Assembly (NCBI RefSeq): GCF_036321535.1
Contig: NC_087438.1
Span: 95,294,001 to 95,358,000 of the forward strand
DNA length: 64,000 bases
From: Camelus dromedarius
Lineage: Eukaryota
Reading direction: 5' to 3'
Shown here: in pieces, positions 49,655 through 61,470 of the stretch
Position numbering within the stretch: the first letter of the stretch is position 1
Layout: each line of letters begins with the position of its first letter
Notes under the pieces: generated by a model
Databases searched by the model: none
Told to the model about the DNA's origin: nothing
Seen by the model: only the letters and a program-made list of their open reading frames with translations
Position numbers and translations under genes: made by a program

Positions 49655-50290
49655 ACGTTCAACAAATACGTGAGCCATTCTTATGCTAGAGCCTGCAGAA
49701 CACAGTTGTGATTAAATTGGCATCCATTTCTCCTGAGTGGTCTTCTGAGGGAGATCAAATAGGTAATGCGAAAAAAGGTAGTGACAGTACAGCATTATGA
49801 TGTGATTACAATGTGGGGGTCCATGGAACTGGAGGATCACAGAAGGATGCACCTAGCCTAGCAGGGGTGACAGAAGATGCCTGGTAGAAGTGACATCAAA
49901 GTCAAGTTCTGACTGATGAAAAGAAGTTTAAGAGAATTTGACATGAGGTGGGTGAGAACTGAGAAGGCACACAGAGAGAGTTCTGGGTTCTTGACAGTGG
50001 AGCACGTATGTAAGTTCTGAAGGCCAGGAAGAGCATGGCACACTGTGAGAACAATAATGGAAATTAGTTCAGTGTGGCTGGAACAGAAAGTGCAGATAGT
50101 AGGTGAGGCTGGAGAGGGAGAAGTCTGGCTTTTACGCTGAAGGTAAAGGAGAGCCATTACAGTGTTGGGAGGAGAGTGATGTGATCAGGCGCACATGTGA
50201 GAAAGCACACTGGGATAATGATGTGGACTAACACTGAATGAGGGCCAGGGAGACCCATAAAGATGCTGGAAAAATAACCGAGGACTAAGA
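49655..50290 (-). mobile_element. L2 LINE fragment
   Basis: Starts 'ttcaacaaatac'; contains 'gaaggccaggaagagcatggcacactgtgagaac...ttcagtgtggctggaacag...gagagtgatgtgatcag'. Confidence 0.85.
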
Positions 50291-51277
50291 ATGACCCACT
50301 CCAAACACTCTTGCTTTCCCATGTTCCCTGCAAGTAAAAGCCCATTTGGGAACCAAGTTAACAATTCAATGGTGTTTTCAGTTATACTGGAGGAATGCTA
50401 TAATCTACTTCCTATGAGAAAAATGATATTTGCCATAGCTGAAAAATGCTCAATTGATAGTTCCCTGGGAGAAACTACTCAATTTGCTAAAATTTAAATA
50501 CCCACAGAGTAAAAACAAAACCAGCTAATAAGAACAGAAGCTAGAAAAGTCCCATTTCTTGTTTTATTTTATCTTTTCAAAAGCTTGACTCTGCTGCAAT
50601 TTACCCACGTTATCATTCATCCTTTGTATCATTAGCATTTGGGAAAATGCCTGAAACTGTCAACATGAGACAAGCAACATGCAGAAACTAGAAATGTGGT
50701 TTGGGGAAATTAGGAAATAAAACTCTTAAGGAGGAGGGTTGAACATTTCATTGAACATAAAGATGATGCTGGAAAAAAGAAATCCTTCCTAACTTCAAGA
50801 GTTGCTGGTTACTGAAATGTCATCATCAATTAGGCCTTTTTTTTGCATGCTCTGTGGTGCAAAACCAATTACTCTGACAGTCCCTGTCCTTAGAACACAC
50901 AGGCCACTGATGTAAGCAGACAAAACAAGGGCCAATTTTGAGTCAAACATACATTAAAGCAGGTATTAGTTTTGAAAAGAAAGTCATTGGCATTCATTCA
51001 TTCATTCATGCCAGTCCATGGCATACATGCAGGGGGCCCACTGGAGGGGGCAATTCCCGGAGAACTGGTTGTGTGTCATGCCTATGATAGACTTAGTTAT
51101 AGTCTAGTAGAAGCATTAAGTCATGGCCTTAAATGGCAAAAACAAAGTGGAAAGTAGTGTCAATAGAGACCATACTTTCTGTAAAAGTGAGTGAGGAAAA
51201 CCCTGGGGTGTAGTGAGTAGAAGGAAGAGAGAAAAAACGGTAGTTAACATTTTCTTGAACCAGGCATTGTATTTAGA

Positions 51278-51358
51278 GTGTGTGTGTGTGTATGTATACA
51301 TATATATACACATATATACATGAAATACATATATATACACACACACACATATATATAT
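51278..51358. repeat. Compound (TG)n-(TA)n-(CA)n microsatellite
   Basis: Seen directly; the TG and CA blocks are mutually complementary. Confidence 0.9.
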
Positions 51359-51689
51359 TTCTTAGAAATGGCTTTCGTGTGGTAGGGAGTATAATTACTC
51401 ATCTTTTGGCATGAGGGAACTAAGACTTAGAAAGAGTCCATAGTTTACTGGCCCTAGGACCTTGGCTACTGTTAGCACTGGTGATCACCCTGGTACTTGT
51501 TGGACTTCATGGTACATCATTTTACTTCTTGTTTACTCTGGAGTTTAGGTGTCAGAGGAAATAAGAGATTATGAGTTTGGTTTCAGGGTTTTCGGGCTTT
51601 ACTAGGTCAAGGAACCATGAGAATTCTATGTGTATTCTTCAGAGAGTAAGACAGAGGGCCAGAAGCATGGAGCTGATACGTTAGAGGGT

Positions 51690-51830
51690 CTTTTCTGGTG
51701 TGGTACCAGGATGGGCAGTTCAGATAGTGAGAACCTCAATATGCCAAGGAGGGCTTTCTAGAAGAGGTGAGGGCATTGCAGGACCTTTGAAAGTAGGACC
51801 TGGACAAAAAGGAGAGCAAGGGACACCTAG
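51690..51830 (-). mobile_element. L2 fragment
   Basis: 'aaggagggctttctagaagaggtgagggcattgcaggacctttgaaag'. Confidence 0.55.
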
Positions 51831-54119
51831 GACAGGAAGAGAGCTGAGGAAATAAAGCCAGGCCTGTAGCCATTGGAAGGGTAACATTGATTCCGATTCA
51901 GATAACTAAAAAAAGACCTCTCTGTACCAGTGTCTGACTTGAGGTGAGGAGACCAAGAAATAATACTATGAAGGTTGCATACCAGAGATGACCTGGCCAT
52001 TTGGGGTTGGGAAGAGATATGACTCAGAGGAGCAGTTGGTGGTAGACAAGGAAAGACTGAGCTGTTCCCTTCATCTCCACTTGCCCACTCTCCATTTTTG
52101 GATGTGCACAGGGGACATTTTCTTAGTTTTGACAAATGCAGTTTTAAACCTCCCTCTCACCCCACCTGACTTCCACGTAGAGTGTATTCCTATGCCCCTC
52201 TTAGAGCCAGCACTTCAGAGAAGGATAGATTAGAAGGAAGTGGGTTGGGGATGTTAGAGTGTATCACTGATTCTCTGGTATCGTTGTCTTCCTACATTTT
52301 AGATGCACCTGCCTGGTTTGTAGGTTTCCTTCCTTCACTGGTTGAACACACCAATAAATACATTCAGTATTGTAGAGTTCCTTTCTGTCTGAACATGGCA
52401 TACTCCAGTTTTAGGGTAGTGGGAAAGAGGGCCAATGGTTGAAGGTAGGACATAGGATTTGGAGACCTTGAATACAGTCTGGACATTGAGATCAGTCATA
52501 GCTGAGACCCAGGAGAAGGTTTTTTGTTTTGTTCTTTTATGAAAACTAGGGTTGTAAGGAATTCCTCTTGTTCTTCATCTTATTTGTAAGAAAGCAGGTT
52601 GGAGGTACAGTTGTAAAGGATGTCCTACACAAATCAGACAAGCATAGTCTGGAAGGAAGAGAGAAGAGTTGGATTTTCTAAATGGCCCTCTACTCCTCTA
52701 TCTGAAGTGTGACTCTGTGATACATGGCTTGGATGTCAAAGGCAGGTCACCAATAGATGCACTGAATTCTAAAGAGCTCAGCTCTGTCTGTATAGTGGTA
52801 ATTCTGCTGAGTTACTCCTGGAGTTCACAAGTGGAATGAACTGCTGAAGTTGAGGATCTTTGATGCACAATTTAAAGAAATAGAATACATTCAGCAGGAT
52901 CATACATATAGCCTCAAATGTGCCTTTTAAAAGACTTTGGGGCAGCAGGAAATTTCTTTAGTCCTTTACCTCATTTCTGGGATGGTGAAGAGACAAAACT
53001 GGCTTCAGGTGGATTTCCTTTGGGCAGGTTGGAATGCATGCTTTCTCCTATGACTACCTTTTGATGGCTTAGATGTCTTATTGGTCAATAAAGTTCTTTT
53101 TTAGACACTTGGTCTCTCTAACAGCTTTCCTCCAGCCTTGCTGTCATTCAGTTGACCAAGGATAATTTTATACTCCCACCCAAGAGTAATATGACTCCAT
53201 TTGTATCAAGAGGAGCTACTATATGAGCCAATCTTCTTCAAAAACTGTCTTAGCTGAGTTGGTGCCCAACACATAGCAAGTGTGCAATACTTCTGTTTGA
53301 ATTAAACAGAATATTGCCTGAGGCAGCAGAGACAAAAAATGAAGATTAAAATCTTTCATGTTAAATACTTAGGTGGATACATTCTTTCCTTATCCAAAAA
53401 TTATAAAATATTTACCTCTACCCAAGGCATGTTGAAAAACAAGTCAATGGCACAGTTCTGTTCCTGAAGAGCCAGTCATCTCTACAGATTTGATGACTAC
53501 ATAGGGTTATATATAATGTGTTAGGAAAATACTAACAGCAAACGTGGCCAACTAAGCTGTGCTGTTTTGGCTCTTATGCTTTTCTTTTCCAGTCTTCTTG
53601 ATCCAATGAGGCTTAGGACAGAGCTGGAGATGTAGAAGAGATTAGGAAAGAAGAGAGGGAAAAGAACCATGAAATATGTTTAAGGATTCAGTAGAAATTA
53701 TCAAGTAGGGTGTGGGAAAGATTAATTATTGTTATCCTGTCTAACATAATCAGTCCTCCCTACCAGTGTGAACTAAGAAGACAAATAAAACGTAAGTGAA
53801 TAAAGCATAATCGAATCTATTTCTTTGAAATGTACTTTATACAGGATTAGTACAAATTCTTGAACCATCTCTTTGTTGAAAAGAATCCACATATTCAATA
53901 ATTGCTTTGGTACAACTGGATAACTATGAAAATGTTTTAAGCTAATTCTCTACCTTACATTATACATTAAGATAATTTCCAAGTGAACTAAAAGTACTTA
54001 AAGAAAACATAATGAATATATTATAAACTGGGGAAAGAGCTGGTCTTTCCAAGTGTGACTCCAAACAATGAATCCACCTAAGAGGTAGGGAGGGAGGAGA
54101 TAGAACTGACTGCATTAAG

Positions 54120-55060
54120 TTAGTACTAAAGTTAACTCCATACAAAAGACACTGTAAATAAAACTAAAATGAAAAATTTAAAAACTGGAAAAAACATTTG
54201 CAACATGTGACAAAGACCAAGTTTGGGAGAAGAGAATTTTTAAAAGAAGTTCAAATAGCCAATAAGTGTACACAAAGTAGTCGATTCTCCTAGCAATACA
54301 ATGTCAAAGAAACAGCAAAACAAAGTATTTGAAAAATAACAATACTAAGAGAAATAGACTCTTACAGTCACTGGTGCTGGGAGACAGTTTTTCTGGGTTA
54401 CCATTTGGTAGCACATTTCAAATTTGGGTCTATCTTTTGACCTAGAAATTTCACACTTAGGAATTTATTCTATAGAATAATTAAAAAAAAAAAAACATAG
54501 CTAATGCCTACTGCACATTTACTGTGTTCAAGGCCCTCTGCCAAGCAATTTACCTGCTTTATCCCATTTAATCTTCCCAACAATCCTATGAGACAGGGAC
54601 TGTTATATGCTATTCTTTGTTTGAGGAAAGAAAAGGTCACCCAACTAGTAGGTAGTTAGAAAATAAAATCCGTGTTTCTTGTTAAGCATTGTTTTAATTA
54701 TAAAAAAGACTGAAACAGCTTAAAATTCTGATATGGGGATTTGTTAAATTATGTCACAATTATTCAATGGAATTCAGCCATCTTGACATTGTTAATAATA
54801 ATGTAGAATATTTCTTGACATACTCAGATGTTGATGATGTATTAAGTGTGAGAAATAGGTTACGAGAGAGTTATACAGTATCTCATTTTTGTTTAAAAAA
54901 TAGTATCTGTATACTTTCCTGTGTATATACAGATATTTTTATAAGCCTCAAAGTATATATACATCTAAGTATTAATAGAATTTGTGTCTGGAGGGTGGAA
55001 TTCTGCATGGCACTTGCTTTCTTCTTTCTGTTGATTGCTTCTTATTTTTCCTACATTGAA
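54120..55060 (+). mobile_element. L1ME-type remnant with an antisense MIR piece at ~54490-54660
   Basis: 'aaaaactggaaaaaacatttgcaacatgtgacaaag', 'cttttgacctagaaatttcacacttaggaatttattc', 'caatggaattcagccatc'; MIR 'tcccatttaatcttcccaacaatcctatgagacaggg'. Confidence 0.7.
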
Positions 55061-55385
55061 CACATTTTTCCTTGTTTAATATATTTGGTTGCTCCCCACC
55101 CTGAAGTCTTTAAAAACCAGGTCAAAGTCAGCGAATAGTTGTTCATTTTTATCTCAAGTGGAAAATGGAAGATCCAAAGACGATGTGCTCACTGGACAAT
55201 AAAACAAAGCAGGCTGAAAACAAATAGGTTTCAGTTGGACTGTCTAAAGATTTTCCTGACTAGTAGTGAGTAAAAATTGAAGTACTCAGCAGAGGTAGAT
55301 GTAAAGCTACATGGTTTTATAAAGAGCAAGAGGGGCTCTCTGAAGCTGAAGTGCTCAGTGATTTACCCAAGTGCTCCAACCTAGA

Positions 55386-55845
55386 ACAGAGATTCTTAAC
55401 TCAGGGCTCAACAGGTCCCTGGGTAGAATCAGGGATGTCCATGAACTCGAGGAGAAAGAAACTGCATCTTCATCTTCATTACTGTCCAGCTACACATACG
55501 AATTTCCTTCCATTGCAAATGTGGGCAGCGCCTATGACTTTGTCACCAGTAAAAAGTCCATGTATTTTCATGTCATAGTACAGGTACTTATGTTGTTACG
55601 TTTACTGTTATTTTGAAATTATTGTAGTTATTAGATCTGCTCCTTAGTCTTATTATAGAAGCATACGTACTGATATATCATATTTGGTTTTTAAATATTT
55701 TGCTAACCATATTTCAATTTCTTGGCTTCCTTTTGGGGTCCTGTGAATCTTCTGTGTTTAAAAAGATGCCTGTGAGAGGGGGTCAGTAGACGTCACTGGC
55801 GTGCCCATAGAGTCCATGGCACAGGATAGGTTTAAGAGCTCCAAT
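55386..55845. mobile_element. hAT-Charlie-type DNA transposon fossil
   Basis: Starts 'cagagattcttaac', ends 'gtttaagagctcc'; internal 'cagggatgtccatgaact...tgactttgtcaccagtaaaaag...ttgaaattattgtagttattagatctgc'. Confidence 0.7.
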
Positions 55846-56669
55846 ATGAAATCTGTGCATCAGACAGGTCTGGCCTGTCAGAAGGCACCTCTGGCCTTCT
55901 AAGATCCTCCTCGGAAGATGGGTCCCAAATCTTCTAGTTGGACTGTGAGCACAGTGGCTGGCAGACAGTAGGCATTTTAATATAGGGGTATTATCTCCCT
56001 TTTGGTTCCCCATCTGCCTCTTTGAGTGGCCAACAGCTATCCCTGCCTACAAGCCAGTTAAAAAATAAAAAGTTAGGAATTGGCTGCTTTTTAAAAATGA
56101 CCATCTGTTTAATTATATCGAGTGGGGCTTTATCCACCTGACATATGCATAAACAGATGACCCATCTAAACATCTGAGCACACATTGGGTACAAAGGGCC
56201 ACAGTGTAGTCCTTGGAGGCACAAACTGCTGGCCCCTTGTCCACCAGGAGAGCATCATCTGACAGGAGAAACGAGGTACCTGCAAACTTTTCACAGAAGA
56301 TGGACAGTGGAAGGAGCAACTGAGCTCGATTTTGGGGTGTGGTAGCACACTTACTTCTGGATCTCTGTGCTTGCCTACTTTCTCTTTATAGAAGTTTGGC
56401 TTGTATTTGTATTGTTCTTGTGAAAAAGGAACACCAAAACAGCCCCCAAAAACAAAAGAAACAATGCTCACCACTCATTCTCACCCTCCTGCTTGAGTTT
56501 ATTTTTCTGTCCCTCACTTGCCACTGAGCAACACATAGTAGGCGCTCAGTGGCTGTTTGCTGATGGAAGAAGGTGGCACGCATTCTAGTTTACAGAACAC
56601 CTTCACTTCCGTTAACTTAAGCCAGTGTTACGTAAGGTGTGATCTAAGAAACAGATTATTAAAAGTAGT

Positions 56670-56940
56670 AATGAAAACTTCCTAAATCAGAATCTCTGAG
56701 CTTAGGCTACAGAAACCTGAATTTTAAACAAGTTCTCTTCCCTTTCTGGTTCACTTCATTGGTGATTATTATGCACATAAAAGTTTCAGACCTGCTATCT
56801 TACACAATCCTCAAAAAATGCTATAAATTAGGTAGGGAAAACATTATCAGCCCGTTCTAGAAATCAGGAAAATGAATATAGGAGAGGTTAAGCAGTTTTG
56901 TTTAAGATGACACATTTATAACGTGGCAGCTGGTAAGGGT
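56670..56940. mobile_element. MER5-like fragment followed by an antisense MIR fragment
   Basis: 'aatcagaatctctgag...cctgaattttaaacaagttc...ggtgattattatgcacataaaagtttcaga'; then 'cacaatcctc...ttctagaaatcaggaaaatgaa...gagaggttaagcag'. Confidence 0.6.
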
Positions 56941-56944
56941 AGGC

Positions 56945-57008
56945 TAGGCAGATAGAGGGAAGAGAGAGACGGAGAGAGAGAAAGAGATAGGCAGATAGAG
57001 GGAAGAGA
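56945..57008 (+). repeat. Exact 21-bp direct repeat around a 22-nt GA spacer
   Basis: TAGGCAGATAGAGGGAAGAGA at 56945-56965 and 56988-57008. Confidence 0.92.
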
Positions 57009-57167
57009 ATTTTGCAGCCAGAAGCTGTAAATCCAGGTCAAGGGAATGGGAAGGATAAGGTAGACATGGGAAGTCTGAGGTTTGGGCAGAAAGATTGCTT
57101 AGGAGAGTCAGTCCAGGCAAGGGGAAGCGAAGGCTTCAGTGAGGACAAGGGTACTGGGTATGAGAAG

Positions 57168-57876
57168 TGATGCTGAAACCCTGGCCTCTGTGCCCCAATA
57201 CCGATTGAAATCTGGAGACAGACTTTTGGGTGAAGTAGTAACGAATAGCTTTAGTTCTTTGCCAGGCAAAGAGAGTCACAGCAGGTTAATGCCTCAAGAC
57301 AGTGAGCCCCCTTGGGGAGGGCTGGTAGGGAGTTTTATAGCAAACGTCCAAGGGAGCAGTGCTCCTGATAAAAATCCGAGTATACACAGGCCTGCATTCT
57401 TTTTCTCCTGGCACAGTGGCATTGGCATCAAGGAAATCTGGTGACAAGGCCTCCTGTTCCTGAGGTTATCAGATCACATCCTCCTCCTCCATCAGGGTGG
57501 GGTCAGGTGTTTGTCCCCTGTTCTGGGAGTTCACAAACCATGTCTCTTCACATCCCTGTGCCTGGAGCAAAGGGTACTCAGGGAGGGGGTCTGGGGACTT
57601 GTGTTCCAAGGAAAAGGAAAATATATGCAGTATAAAATCAAGCTAGTGTGTGTGTTAGCATGAGGGAAGCCACTGTAGGTTACTACTGTGCAGTTACAAG
57701 TATCATGCAGTCATGAATTCCCCACTATGAATCTAATCTGTCCATTTGATGTTGTCTTTTAACATCTGAAAAACTCATGGGATACTAGTATCTGGGTACT
57801 TCAGAGAGGAATTAAAGCGAGGATATGGGGGAGGGGTGTGTCCCGGGAGGGCCCCATAGGGTCCTGCTCAGTTATA
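57168..57876 (-). mobile_element. ERV1-class solo LTR (709 bp) with 4-bp TSD
   Basis: 'tgatgctgaaacc...ctggagacagacttttgggtgaagtagtaacgaatagctttagttctttgccaggcaaag...gggagggccccatagggtcctgctcagttata'; GAAG at 57164-57167 and 57877-57880. Confidence 0.88.
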
Positions 57877-57889
57877 GAAGGAGAATGCA

Positions 57890-58532
57890 CAGTTTTATCA
57901 TTAGCGTATTCTGTATTTGCCAATTCTCCTGCTCGCTGAAATGTATCTGTAACCCCCAAATCAATACTTGGGGCACTTTCACTGATAGTCACAGACTTAC
58001 ACAAAGTGGCAAAAAAACTCGAGGTGCCCAACATGCATGTTCCCAGCTAAAGTGGAGTAGGGTGATTGTTGTTTCAGCTCTCAGGCTGTAAATGCATGTC
58101 CTTTTTCTGGTCTACTTAGTAGTGGCATGTTTTTGCATTTCTGTGCTTTCAGTTGGTGATTTCTCTGTTTCAAATAACCCACCAAGTGTAGTGCTGAAGT
58201 GCTGTTTAGTGTTCCTAAGCACAGGATGGCTTCAATGTGCCTTAGGGAGAAAATAAGTGTGTCAGATAAACCTCATACAGGCACAAGTCATTGTGCTGTT
58301 GGATGTGGGTTCAGCATTAAAGAATCAACAATGTATATTGAATAAGGTGTTTTAAAATAGAAACAAACATAAAAAAAGGGTATTTATGGATCAGTTGATG
58401 ACAATGTTGTGATCAGAGGCTGGCAGGAAGGTCACCCTGTGTTTCCCCAGGAGCTGTGGCTCAGTATTCACCACTTCATTGTTCTTGGTGACTTCATAGG
58501 ACATAACTACCAGGAAGAACAAGACTCAACTG
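57890..58532. mobile_element. TcMar-Tigger non-autonomous element (MER82-like), near full length
   Basis: Termini 'cagtt...' and '...caactg' followed by TA; internal 'tgtatttgccaattctcctgctcgctgaaatgtatctgtaacccccaaatcaatac...gtagtgctgaagtgctgtttagtgttcctaagcac'. Confidence 0.85.
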
Positions 58533-58789
58533 TAATTACTGTAGCAATAGCACCTGGCAGTGTCTACCCTGTCCCAGTCCCTCTATACTTCAGGGCTAGG
58601 AACCCGTACAGCTCTGCAGCATGGTTGCCGTGATCTACATGGCAAGGGTTGGGAAACTGAGGCTCAGAACTGTGGAGTAGAACTGAGGTCACTTATTAAA
58701 GAAATGCCAAGTGCTAGTCTGTCATAGACATTGCAGAATCAGAACCAACAGGGCATTACTTACTTTTGGGGGATGGGGTAAGAAAAAAG

Positions 58790-59340
58790 GGAGAGTTGTA
58801 AAGACCATCTCAATATGTCAAGTTCAGGACCAGGAAGGTGGTGGTGCCACGAGGAAGAAGAGCCAGCTAAGATTTTAGGTAGCAGAGCAAGACTGGATTT
58901 TAGCTCTAGATCTGGAAGTCACCCACAAAGACACGCTTATAGTCATGGGAGAGATTTGACACACTGTCCCCACCCCCCCAGGAGAAAGAGAATTCAAGAA
59001 AAAAATTTTTCATTCAAGGGAGTAGATGAAGAAGAAGGATGCCAAGAAAGAGAACAGAGATCCCAACCAGAAGTAGGAAAATAATAAAAGACTACAGGAC
59101 AATGGAAGCAAAAATGCATTCTCCAAAGAGGTAGAGAGGAGATAGCCTGTGGTGTGAGACACTCAGACGTCAAGCAGAACAAAGACTGAGAAAACGTCAC
59201 CACATTTGCAGATGGGCTGTCACTGGTGACATTTGGGAGAGAGGATTCTGTGATTGTGGGGATGGAGGACAGAGAAAGAAGGAGTGAGTAGGTCTGAGAA
59301 ATGGAGACTGCAGATGTGGATGGCTCTTCTCCCAGCTCAC
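58790..59340 (-). mobile_element. L2 (L2c-like) fragment
   Basis: Purine-rich 'gtcaagcagaacaaagactgagaaaacgtcacc...gtcactggtgacatttgggagag...gagaaatggagactgcagatgtgga'. Confidence 0.8.
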
Positions 59341-59364
59341 ATCTCTAGGGGGTGAGATGGAAGA

Positions 59365-59451
59365 TGCCTTCCCACATTTCCTGGACTCCATTTCCTTGTC
59401 TCCATGGTTACAGGAGACAAGGAAATGGAGTCCAGGAAATGTGGGAAGGCA
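59365..59451. repeat. Perfect 39-bp inverted repeat, 9-nt loop
   Basis: TGCCTTCCCACATTTCCTGGACTCCATTTCCTTGTCTCC (59365-59403) is the exact reverse complement of 59413-59451; loop ATGGTTACA. Confidence 0.97.
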
Positions 59452-60699
59452 AAAGAAAATGTCGTTCTGAAAACCCAGGAAGGGCTAAGAGGAAAGGAAC
59501 ATGCAGATTTGTCCTTTGGGAAGAGAAGGTGTTTCTGCTCCTTGAGACAATGTGTGGCTTGCATCTGCTGAGCCCTGGAGAGACACAGGAATGTAAAGTT
59601 TCCAAGCCAAGACTCAAACCAGGAACCATAGTCACCTGAAGACAGAGATGAGTAAACTGCAGGAAAGACGGAGATGCCTACCATGTTCAGATTTTCAGTC
59701 TCAGAGATGATGACTGGAGAATGTCTAGTCATTTGGGAAAATAAGCTTGTTGGAGAAATAGACTTCCTTTAAAGTAGCTAGAGTTATTTGGCTACTTCTA
59801 AAAAGTTTTGACGTAGAAATCTTGCTGAATCTGCATTTGCCATTAATAACAACTATTTAGGGGTTGACATTTTCAGGAAGACACCTTGCTTAAGTTCTTT
59901 ACAAATAAAACAGAAAGAAATCACTTCAGTCTCTCAAGTAGGTTAAACGTTTCCCATTCTCACTTGTCTGTTTTCCTTATTCATCAAGAAACCTGGTAAA
60001 CCTTTTATCTCCAGATGTTGCAGAGGCAAACTTCTGCCAGGCTTATGGGAACTTGTCACAAAACCCCAAATTAGCAAGACCTGACTGCCTGACGCCACAT
60101 GCCAGCTGGACCTGAGTGCCCTTAATTGCCCTGCCCGTGGGAATAGGAAAGTGAGCTCGGCGATTTTGCTATGTCTTGGTTAAGCCTTTTCAATGATAAA
60201 ATGCTTCCAGATATAGAATGTTCCCAACAGCCTGTTCCCTGGGAAATGCTGCGTAGAAGCTGATGGATAATAGCAGCTTGCTCAGCTGAGCCCAGCCATG
60301 AGAATTGAGATGTTAAAGTTTGATATGCTAGGGAAGCAATTCTCAGCCTGAGTCCAGCTCAGAGCTCTTACTGTCCCTGCCCCGCCGCTGGGCACGGAAG
60401 GAAATGGCGCACCATCACCTGATACCCTGTTCAGTGGCCTCCAGCCTGAGCTCTTGGTACCTGGCAGCCCTCTGGCTGTACCCTTCCCCAGGGCTTCTGC
60501 AGTAGGCCCGACCTGGAGTCCAGCCCCCTATGTCCCTCACCAGTGGTGCAGTTTTAGACCACTTACTAAGCATTTCTCAGTCTGCAGAATGGAAGCCTTG
60601 GGTCATTGTGAGATGCAGACAGGTGTTGGTGAAACAGTCCACAGTGGGCAAGATGCCTGACAGCGTGCAGGGCAGTGCTTACTGTTGTCATTCGGTACT

Positions 60700-61250
60700 A
60701 GTTGTTATTTTAGATGCTAAGGAAGTTAATATTTCAAATCTTTCTATTCTTTTCATCTCACATTCCAGTAACATGTGCTCATTGTGACAAGTCAAACAGT
60801 AAGAGGTGTGCCAAGAAAACCTCATTTTTCCCCACTCCTTTGCTTCCACCATGTTACACACACTTTCAGAAGTATCCATCGCTAAGTTTTGTGGGCATCC
60901 CTCGCACCTTTCTCTCTACTCACACTAACACATTCGTAAATATTAGGGATTTTTTTCCCCTAAGTATGTATATGTGTTTCTGTTGTGGGTTTTTTTTTTG
61001 GTGGGAGGGTTCACAAAAATGGGATCATACTGTCCTCAACTTTACTCTTTCTGCTTTAACAAATGTCTTTCTAGCTCAATATTCCAAACAAACTTATTCT
61101 TTGGAAGAGCCACATGCTACTCCCAGCAGCCTACTAATAATGTAATCCGTGCATAGTATGTGCTTCCATAATTGCTGCAACCAGCGTCCCATTGATGGAG
61201 AGTCAGGCTATTTATAGTTTTGTGTCTCTAGCATAAATATTGTCATTATT
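60700..61250 (-). mobile_element. Old L1ME 3' UTR remnant
   Basis: 'ggatcatactgtcctcaac', 'gtgcatagtat...ccataattgctgcaaccagcgtcccattgatggagagtcaggctattt'. Confidence 0.55.
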
Positions 61251-61349
61251 TTTTCCATCATAGGCATGAAACTGGGCCTCCTGTAATATCACAGGTTGGA
61301 TGGGAAAATCAGAATCCATAAATTAAGTCTCAGATTCTGCGTTCTTATT

Positions 61350-61470
61350 TCTTCCACTCTACCCTTATCTGCCCTCACTTCTCTCTCCGTCTCCCCTCCT
61401 CTCTCCCCACCTCTCTTCCCTCTCTCAAACCTCACCCTCCCTCTTCTCTCCAGACACTTCCTCCTCACAT
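61350..61470. repeat. CT-rich low-complexity tract
   Basis: Long, almost pure pyrimidine run on the + strand. Confidence 0.85.

Noticed and set aside
61103-61142. ~40-nt segment that seems to interrupt an L1ME 3' UTR
   Set aside because: Depends on my recollection of a very diverged consensus; no TSD or identifiable source.
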